Shown here: piece by piece, positions 38,339-45,691 of the stretch
Position numbering within the stretch: position 1 is the stretch's first letter
How the letters are laid out: the number at the start of each line of letters is the position of its first letter
NCBI GenBank assembly: GCA_033763315.1
Contig: JANRKS010000006.1
Span: forward strand, 64,001-128,000
Reading direction: 5' to 3'
Origin: Deltaproteobacteria bacterium
GTDB taxonomy: Bacteria > Myxococcota_A > Polyangia > Fen-1088
Length of the DNA stretch: 64,000 nucleotides
Position numbers and translations under genes: made by a program
Notes under the pieces: generated by a model
Seen by the model: only the letters and a program-made list of their open reading frames with translations
Databases searched by the model: none
What the model was told of the DNA's origin: nothing

Positions 38339-39636
38339 AACGAACAACTCTGTCTCGTAGGCATGCACTTCGCGGCGTTGGCGTGGCCATGTCGTTGCCT
38401 TTGCTTGAGGCCATGCTGCCGCGCAAGGCTGCCGCAAAGGCGCTTGAGAGTGAGCCGTTGCGGCTGGCGTTCATCTACATGCCCAACGGCGTTCGGCTTT
38501 CTAGTTGGGTTCCGCAGAACACGGGGCCCGACTACGACCTCTCGCCCTCCTTGCGTCCGTTGGCGCCCGTTCGTGATCACGTTCTTGTGCTTTCTGGAAT
38601 GCACCGCGTGTTTGCACCAGGCGTTGACGCACACGCTCAGGCGGGATCGTGTTGGCTCACCACATCGCCAGCGGACGAGCGTTTGGACGATGGCTACCCT
38701 ACGAACAAAACTGTCGATCAGGTGGCCGCCAGTGTGTTGGGCAAAACCGCGCCTTTTCCTTCCCTCGAATTGTCATGCAACGATTTTAAGGACAACCGAG
38801 AGACCAAGTACTACGAGAAGATCTCCTGGTACGCGCCTGGCCACGCCGCCGATGCGGAAACCGATCCGCGCGCCGTGTGGAACCGCCTGTTTGGCGAACA
38901 AAAGACCCAGACGCGCAGCCTGTTGGATCTTGTGGCCGATGACGCCCGGCGGTTGACCCGGCATTTGGGGCGCGCGGATCAGCATAAGCTGGACGAGTAC
39001 CAAACAGCTGTGTTCGCCATGGAGCAGCAGATGGAGCGCTTGTCGAAAGCTCGCAGGACACAGAAGGTGGCTGTGCACGGACCCGCAGCCATTCCAACTG
39101 AACGCGGCGACTATATGCGTTTGATGGGCGATTTGCTGGCGTTGGCTTTCGAAACGGATCTGTCGCGGGTGGCCACTGTGCTGTTCGATCCTGAACGCTG
39201 GAACTCTCCGCGAACGTACCAGGGGTTCCTGGATGGCTCACACAACCACCATCCGCTTTCCCACGGTGTGAGCACCGGCAATTGGGACAGCTCGATGGAA
39301 AGCTTGGGAAAGATCGACGCGTTTCACGTCTCGGTATACGCCCACATCATCAAGACGTTGGCGGAACGCAGGGGGCCCGATGGCGTCTCCTTGCTTGATC
39401 GCAGCGCAATCGTCCTCGGCTCCGGCATGGGTCATGGGCACGTGCATAGCTTCGCGGACCTCCCGATCGTGGTTGCCGGAAGGCTAGGGGGACGTTTGCT
39501 TCCAGGCCAGCACCTGCGTCTGCCCTCGGACACGCCTTTGGCGAACTTTTGGCTGACGTTGCTTAACCAAGCTGGATGCGCGGTGCAAAGGGTGGCCGAC
39601 AGCACAGGTACGCTCCCGATCACGAGGGCCGCGTGA
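38335..39636 (+). CDS. DUF1552 family Tat-exported protein, pair 4
   Basis: LSRRHALRGVGVAMSLPLLEAM, RLAFIYMPNGV, PSLEL, LAFETDLSRVAT, HHPLSH; ATGA overlap. Confidence 0.93.
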   Translation: MKRTTLSRRHALRGVGVAMSLPLLEAMLPRKAAAKALESEPLRLAFIYMPNGVRLSSWVPQNTGPDYDLSPSLRPLAPVRDHVLVLSGMHRVFAPGVDAHAQAGSCWLTTSPADERLDDGYPTNKTVDQVAASVLGKTAPFPSLELSCNDFKDNRETKYYEKISWYAPGHAADAETDPRAVWNRLFGEQKTQTRSLLDLVADDARRLTRHLGRADQHKLDEYQTAVFAMEQQMERLSKARRTQKVAVHGPAAIPTERGDYMRLMGDLLALAFETDLSRVATVLFDPERWNSPRTYQGFLDGSHNHHPLSHGVSTGNWDSSMESLGKIDAFHVSVYAHIIKTLAERRGPDGVSLLDRSAIVLGSGMGHGHVHSFADLPIVVAGRLGGRLLPGQHLRLPSDTPLANFWLTLLNQAGCAVQRVADSTGTLPITRAA

Positions 39637-40673
39637 TCGATTGGCGTTGGCTTGCGTCGATCGGCGCAGCGCTACTGACAACCGCCTGCGTCCGCGCCTC
39701 TACGCCTGCGGTGCATTCACCCACACCAGCGTTGCAATTCACGGATGCACCTTGGCCCACCGCCTTGCCGGATGACGAGGGGGTGTCCTCGGATGGGCTT
39801 GCGGCCCTGGGCCCGTGGTTAGAATCCCACACCACTGGAACGCCAACGTCCACGGCGCTGTTCCGTAGAGGAAGACTCATATGGCAACATAATGCAGGCG
39901 GCGCGACAGAGAACAGCCTTTGGCACATCGAAAGCCCAGCGATCACGGCCACGATTGTTGGTCATGAGCCGCGGCTCCTGGAAAAGGTACAACAGCCACT
40001 CGTAAACTGGGTTCCACCCGCGGCATGGCCGCAAGGCCTGCACCGCCAAAGCACGCTGGCTCATTTGCTTTCTGGAACGTCAGGCTTTCACAGTGCGGAT
40101 GAGCCTGGTGCAGATTGGGATTACGACGAGTGGGCGTTCGCGCTTGTTCCATCGCTGCTGCGTGCGCGGCCCGACGCTGCGCCAAGTCTCTCACACGCCG
40201 CGTGCCACTCGCTGGCAATGCGCTTGGGCGCGCGTAGCTGGCGTTGCGAGGAAACTTCGCAGGGATTCGGCTATAGCGTGCGTTCGAGTTTGCAGGATCT
40301 TGCGCGTGTTGGCGAGCTGTGGCTTCAGGGTGGCGTGTTCCGAGGCCAACGCTTGTTGCCCGAAAAATTCGTTGCGGATGCGCTGTCCGATCAAAGCCGC
40401 CCGGAGGATTCGTTCTTTGGCTATGGCTGGTTTCTGCGCGATGCGCGGCGGGATAAGTCTTTCCCCGCAGGATTGTTCTATCACGTGAGCGCTGGGCCCG
40501 ATGGTACGTCCACGTTGCTCGTGGTGGTCCCGGGTTGGCAGATGGTGGCGGCCGTGGGAGCGGACACACGAAAATGGGACTTCACCAAGGATGCGGACAT
40601 TCCGCCTCCGGCCATTGCAAGGTTCTGGATGGGCGAGCTGCCCAAGGTGATCGCAAGCCCCTCCGTGAGGTGA
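39633..40673 (+). CDS. Beta-lactamase/serine hydrolase fold lipoprotein with degenerate catalytic motifs
   Basis: GTGA overlap, lipobox TTAC; TLAHLLSGTSG, PG..WDY, DLARVGELWLQGG, FGYGW. The SxxK position reads SPAI. Confidence 0.75.
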   Translation: MIDWRWLASIGAALLTTACVRASTPAVHSPTPALQFTDAPWPTALPDDEGVSSDGLAALGPWLESHTTGTPTSTALFRRGRLIWQHNAGGATENSLWHIESPAITATIVGHEPRLLEKVQQPLVNWVPPAAWPQGLHRQSTLAHLLSGTSGFHSADEPGADWDYDEWAFALVPSLLRARPDAAPSLSHAACHSLAMRLGARSWRCEETSQGFGYSVRSSLQDLARVGELWLQGGVFRGQRLLPEKFVADALSDQSRPEDSFFGYGWFLRDARRDKSFPAGLFYHVSAGPDGTSTLLVVVPGWQMVAAVGADTRKWDFTKDADIPPPAIARFWMGELPKVIASPSVR

Positions 40674-40827
40674 AAGCTTCTTATGCCCCACAAGACAGAA
40701 CAACGGCGGTTTCGTATCTCGCGCCGTGCACGTGGCGCATGGGGCGCGTGCGGCGGGTTCTTGATTCAGTCGTAGATCACCCGCGCCGTTCTGTCTTTAG
40801 TTTCGCGACGCTTCTGCCGAACACCGG

Positions 40828-41763
40828 TTGGTGCCACGTCATTCTTGCGCGAAAACTTCGCCGCTCATCTTCCTTATGATGACGTGGAGTCTCATGTCGT
40901 GTGGCCGGTTTGGCTTTGAAGAGGTTCGACCGGGCACGACGCCGGACGCGCGCTCGTACGATGAAGACGCCTTGCTGGCGACGGACGGGGCGGAAAACTC
41001 TCACGACGCGGTTTGGGGCCAGGCGGATGAGTCGTGTGCCGCTTTGGCGGCCGAAGCCACCGCCTTGTGGGTGTTTGATGGCATCGACGAGAAGGTGATG
41101 CCGGAGTTGATCGCTGGACGAAACGGGCAGGTATTCGGATCGCCCACGCTGGTTGCAGGCCCGCCCGGTGCTTGTGGATCCGCCATGAGCTTCCCTGGTG
41201 CGGCCGGTTCATATGTCTTGGTGCCCCATGATCCTGCGTGGGATCTCAGCCAGGGCTCACTCGATTTCTGGGTTCGACCCGGCCGCGCAAATGGCATCCG
41301 AGGCCTTGTGACCAGAGATCATGTTGGCGCCAAGGCGTCTGGCCATTTTGGCGTGTTTCTTCTCTCTCAAAATCGTCTGGCTGTGCGCATTCAAGAGGCG
41401 AGCTCCGCACCGGCGGGCGGCTCCGTGGTGGGGTTGTGTTCGGACACACCCCTGGAGGCAGATGCGTGGGTTCACATTGGCATCAACTTCGGCGCGCCAG
41501 AAGCCGAACTCTACATCAATGGTGTGCGCTCTCGATACGAAGGAACGTCGCCCGACGATTCCACCCTCGGCAACTTCGCATGTGGCTTGAACTCGACCCA
41601 AGGCATCGCGGGCAACCAAGAGCCCTGGATCTTCGGCGCATCCAACCATCAAGCGGACACCAGTGGCGAGGTGGATGCTTTCGCACGATCGGCTAGCTTT
41701 GGACGCATTCGCCTCAGTGCGCAGCGACAGCCGTTCAGTCTGCGTGAGGTCAGGGACAACTAG
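40828..41763 (+). CDS. LamG/concanavalin A-like domain lipoprotein
   Basis: Lipobox LMSC followed by GRFGFE; ALWVFD, GHFGVF, WVHIGINFG...LYING, GNQEPWIFGA. Confidence 0.82.
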   Translation: MVPRHSCAKTSPLIFLMMTWSLMSCGRFGFEEVRPGTTPDARSYDEDALLATDGAENSHDAVWGQADESCAALAAEATALWVFDGIDEKVMPELIAGRNGQVFGSPTLVAGPPGACGSAMSFPGAAGSYVLVPHDPAWDLSQGSLDFWVRPGRANGIRGLVTRDHVGAKASGHFGVFLLSQNRLAVRIQEASSAPAGGSVVGLCSDTPLEADAWVHIGINFGAPEAELYINGVRSRYEGTSPDDSTLGNFACGLNSTQGIAGNQEPWIFGASNHQADTSGEVDAFARSASFGRIRLSAQRQPFSLREVRDN

Positions 41764-41776
41764 CTCACCCTGTGCG

Positions 41777-42187
41777 TCAGGCGTTTTGAGTGAGGCGCCT
41801 GTTTTCGATTTCGTTGCCGAAGATGTCCGTCCCGTTGGCTCCACTTGGTCGGCGGGCGGTTTGTCCCAACTGCGCCTCGAGTTCACTCTTTTCCTTTGCG
41901 AGGGTCATGAGTTCGAGTTCGAGGGCGGCCACTCGCTCCTCCAGGCTGCGCTGCGCTTGCGTTTGGCCCGCGGGCGATTGGGCCACCGCCGCGCGGGAAA
42001 TCCCCAGGGCTTTTTGCCAACGGTAAAGCAGCCCCACCGCCAGATCAAACCGACGCGATACCGACGAAAGAGTTTCGTTGGCACGAAACGCATCGATGAT
42101 GATGGCTCGTTTTTCTTCGTCCGAGAATCTGCGGCGACGTCCCGCCTCGAATGGTGGCACTGCCACTGAATATGTGACTTTCGACAT
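41777..42187 (-). mobile_element. Solitary transposase-associated HTH protein (IS66 TnpA / HTH_Tnp_1-like)
   Basis: RRRRFSDEEKRAII...TLSSVSRRFDL...LLYRWQK plus coiled coil; RBS AAGGAG before ATG 42187; no catalytic transposase or terminal repeats seen. Confidence 0.7.
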
Positions 42188-42252
42188 TTCGTTCGCTTCT
42201 CCTTTCTTCGGTGCTGTTGTGTTCTTTGAAAGCACGCGGTGATTGTCAACCT

Positions 42253-43713
42253 CTACGTCTTCATGAGGGGCAGCACGCCCGTGAGATCAAAATTTGCTGC
42301 AGATGGCCGCTTCGATACGAAGTCGCTCGCAGGGCTTCCAACAAGTTGGGTTTCAACTCCAAACACGTTTGCGACGCTTGTTAGCAGCTTGTTGTGCGCG
42401 GGTCCGATCTTGGCGCCGTTGGCGCTTCGAGGATTGGCGGTTGACTCGGCGTGCTTGACGTAGCGCCCAAGCGAAAAAGCATCGCCGCCGCCTGCCACCA
42501 CCGCCATGATGTCGTGAACTTCATGGGGGCCATTGGCCAGCTCACACAGCCACAGGCAGACCGTATCATCCAACAGCGTTCTGCCTGCATCCACAGTGAC
42601 TGCATTCAATTGGCCCAAGACCGTTGCGAAGTTGCTTGCAAGGTAAGCGTAGTAGCCAGCCATTTGGCCGTACTGCTTCGGTCGGTCGGGACTTGCACCA
42701 TGGGCGACATCGGCATGAAGGTCGGTGTGGATGTTGAGCGCTGTGACCAGTTCCCCGGATCCGGGCTGTCCCATTTGCAGAACCGCGACCCTTGTCATGT
42801 CGCAGGCAAAGGCGGCCGTGATGAGCCCACCAAAGTCCTTCGATACGTCAACCACAGTGCGTCCAGGAGCCGGCGCTGGAGCTGAGCTGGGGCGCTGGAC
42901 GCATTTGCCACCTTCAGCACTGCGGAAGGCCAAAGACCGCTCAAGATCGGACACCAGCGCAAAGTGATCCTCAAGTTTCTTTCGGTCGTCGGATGCCAGG
43001 CGTGCGGCGAACTTCTTATACTGTTGCGCAACGGCCGCTATCGCACTTGGCCTTCTTTGCTTCACAAGATCTAACGTTGCATCACCGGTTGCAGATACGG
43101 GGAACAGTTTGTCGTACGCTCGATCCGGTGCGGTTTCGGCTCGCTGTTCAATCTTTCCGCGGAACACAGGCGACCAGCCTCCCGTCGAAAAGTAAAAAGA
43201 GCGAATGCGATTGGGGTCGGCAATCTTATCGGCCACAAGCTGGTCGATGGATGATCCGCCGCCGGCGCCCTCCATTTTGAAACCACCAGGATAAACCATT
43301 TTCGCGCCCGTCAGCGCGTGCGAGGTGCCAGCGTTGTGATTGTTGGTGTTGACGTCGAGCAGCGCTGACGCCATCGAAAGACCTTCAACCACCAGCAGTT
43401 TGTCTCTAAGTGGGTACAACGGCTTTAATATTTGGCTCCACTTGTCTTCGGTCTGGCTCTTGAGCGAAAACGAAAGTTCTTGGCTGCGGTCGGGTTTTTC
43501 TTTTGTGTCAGACCAGGTGTGCGGGCCCGCTGGCCGCATTTGCCAGCGCTGGTTCACCGGCCCGTGCGGTGTATAGAACACCAAAAGGCGCTTTGGTGTT
43601 GTTGCAGCGCGGGCAAACCTGCGGCCCGCCAGTGAGGGCAAGAACAACGACGAGGCCGTCAACCCCATGGCATTGAGCAATTGACGTCGAGCTAAGGTGC
43701 TTTGCATGGTCAT
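42253..43713 (-). CDS. DUF1552 family Tat-exported protein, pair 5
   Basis: LARRQLLNAMG, PKRLLVFYTPHG, SIDQLVA, AFACDMTRVA, LHADVAH. Confidence 0.9.
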   Translation of the reverse strand: MTMQSTLARRQLLNAMGLTASSLFLPSLAGRRFARAATTPKRLLVFYTPHGPVNQRWQMRPAGPHTWSDTKEKPDRSQELSFSLKSQTEDKWSQILKPLYPLRDKLLVVEGLSMASALLDVNTNNHNAGTSHALTGAKMVYPGGFKMEGAGGGSSIDQLVADKIADPNRIRSFYFSTGGWSPVFRGKIEQRAETAPDRAYDKLFPVSATGDATLDLVKQRRPSAIAAVAQQYKKFAARLASDDRKKLEDHFALVSDLERSLAFRSAEGGKCVQRPSSAPAPAPGRTVVDVSKDFGGLITAAFACDMTRVAVLQMGQPGSGELVTALNIHTDLHADVAHGASPDRPKQYGQMAGYYAYLASNFATVLGQLNAVTVDAGRTLLDDTVCLWLCELANGPHEVHDIMAVVAGGGDAFSLGRYVKHAESTANPRSANGAKIGPAHNKLLTSVANVFGVETQLVGSPASDFVSKRPSAANFDLTGVLPLMKT

Positions 43714-43728
43714 GATCGTCCTTTGCGG

Positions 43729-45579
43729 CTAGGGCGCGGGCCGCCAAACAAAGTCAGGGCTCGTCACGAAACCCACAAGCGCCTCTCGCAGATCCCCCTT
43801 CTTCTCGAGAAGAAGTTGATCGAGTGCCTTGAGCCTGCATGAATCGATACCTTCATCTTCAACAGTTCCTTCTGCGTCTCGTCCCGTGGCGTACTCATAA
43901 AGATGCTTCATCATGCAGTGACGAACTGTTTCGCTGCTCGCCAACTTTGCCGAGAGCTCAACGGCGCCATTGAATTTTCCATCGACATCGGTATCGAAAA
44001 GCTCGCCGTTCGCATTCACGGGTCTGCCTTTATCAAGCGTGCGGTATCCGCCCACTTCGTTGTAGTTCTCGAATCCAAAGCCGATGCCATCCAATGACTT
44101 GTGGCAGACGGGGCAATCGCTTCGAGCCTTAACGTTGGCCTCGAATAGTTCGCGGTTGGTGGGCCCTGCAGGGGGAGGTGGCGCCACGCTAAGTGCGTCG
44201 GCCGGCGGCGGCGGGAAGGTTGAGCAGAGAAGCTTCTCGATGACGAACGCCCCCCGCAAAGGAGGCGAGGGCGTGTCGAAGCGTGAGTAGGTCCAATTGA
44301 AGAGGGCCCGCGTCAGGTAGCCGGATCTCTGTTGCGCATCCAACGCAATGTCCTTAACCGTTTTATCGAGGGCAGCGTCGAGCTTCTCGTCAAGGGGAAC
44401 GCCCGGCCCGTAAAGCGTTGCCAGATACCCATTGCCGCGGCTTTTGCGGCTCGTCAGCAGGGTCTCGATGCTTGCGTCGCCGTCTGTCATCAGCCATTCA
44501 ACAAACCACTGCATTTCGTCGCGCGCGGCCGTTCTGTAGGCGCTTGGAACCGAGTGGCCTGCCGCCAATGAGGGGAATCCCGGCCGCCTTCTATAGGTTT
44601 CGGAGAAGATGCGATCGAAGTCGCCCCACTGGCGGAAGAATTCAACCGCCATAAATACGAAGCGCTTATCGCTGAGCATGCGGCGTGCCTGCGTCTCAAG
44701 GGTCTTCGTGTCCAGAAGATCACCAGATTTTGCCGCAGCCATGAGTTCCTCGTCCGGTGACGATGACCAAAGCAGGTACGACAACCGCGATGCCAGCTCG
44801 AAGGCGGTTAATTTAACGGCGCCCTTGTCAAGCGTGCCGCTGTCACCTATCTCGGCGCGATACAAGAACTGAGGAGCCTGCAGGAACGCTTCGAGGGTGA
44901 GCACCACGGCCACGTCGAACGTATTTGCTTTGAGCTCTTGCTCGAACAGGCCGACGAAATCGGTTTTCTCCTCGGCGGTCAAAGGCCGTCGAAAGGCGCG
45001 CTCACCGAATTGTTCTACGAACCGAGTTCCACAAGCGAGATCTTGTGTGTCGCAGGGAAGAAATGCATCACCTGCTCCCTGCTTCCGTGTTCGCCACACA
45101 TGCTCGGCCACCAACGCCGCCACATCATTGAATCGATCAATGTGAAGCGAAGTTGGGTTCATGTTTTTTGCGCGGTTCGCGAACCCATGCGACAGCACGT
45201 CCTCAGCCGGCTCCTGAAAAAGGTTTACCCTTCGAGCGCTGGCTTGCCCTGCACGCTGGAAGTTCATGGCGTGGTTGTCCAAACGCCACACACCATCGGC
45301 GTCGGGAGGAAACGTTTTTGGAAACAGAGCGCGGATGGACCCGGCGTATTCAAGGCGCGACAACCGTCGCAGCGGCGCGGGAGCCACTGGCCCACAAGCG
45401 CCGGGGGCTTGGACGCTCTGGCCTCCTGTGCCCCCATCATTTTTTTCCCCGCCCGCTCCGCCTGTCGATGACGTACCACCGCCCCCATCTCCCCCATCGC
45501 CGGAGTCGCCATCACCGCGATTCGTGCAAGCCATTGGCGCCAACAACATGGCAGCCGAGGCAGATGCCATAAGGCCCAT
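43729..45579 (-). CDS. DUF1592/DUF1588 family lipoprotein with CxxCH, pair 5
   Basis: Lipobox PMAC; LRRLSRLEY, FLQAPQFLYRAE, FELASRLSYLLW, SPPLRG, CPVCH. Start uncertain (45579 or 45684). Confidence 0.92.
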   Translation of the reverse strand: MGLMASASAAMLLAPMACTNRGDGDSGDGGDGGGGTSSTGGAGGEKNDGGTGGQSVQAPGACGPVAPAPLRRLSRLEYAGSIRALFPKTFPPDADGVWRLDNHAMNFQRAGQASARRVNLFQEPAEDVLSHGFANRAKNMNPTSLHIDRFNDVAALVAEHVWRTRKQGAGDAFLPCDTQDLACGTRFVEQFGERAFRRPLTAEEKTDFVGLFEQELKANTFDVAVVLTLEAFLQAPQFLYRAEIGDSGTLDKGAVKLTAFELASRLSYLLWSSSPDEELMAAAKSGDLLDTKTLETQARRMLSDKRFVFMAVEFFRQWGDFDRIFSETYRRRPGFPSLAAGHSVPSAYRTAARDEMQWFVEWLMTDGDASIETLLTSRKSRGNGYLATLYGPGVPLDEKLDAALDKTVKDIALDAQQRSGYLTRALFNWTYSRFDTPSPPLRGAFVIEKLLCSTFPPPPADALSVAPPPPAGPTNRELFEANVKARSDCPVCHKSLDGIGFGFENYNEVGGYRTLDKGRPVNANGELFDTDVDGKFNGAVELSAKLASSETVRHCMMKHLYEYATGRDAEGTVEDEGIDSCRLKALDQLLLEKKGDLREALVGFVTSPDFVWRPAP

Positions 45580-45691
45580 ACGTACGACGTAAGTGATTCG
45601 TGGTGTCCGCAAAGTTAGACCTTCCGTGACCAAAGCGTGGCCCAACCCGAAACCGGCGTCAGTTGACGATCGTCTAGTCAACAACGAGATG

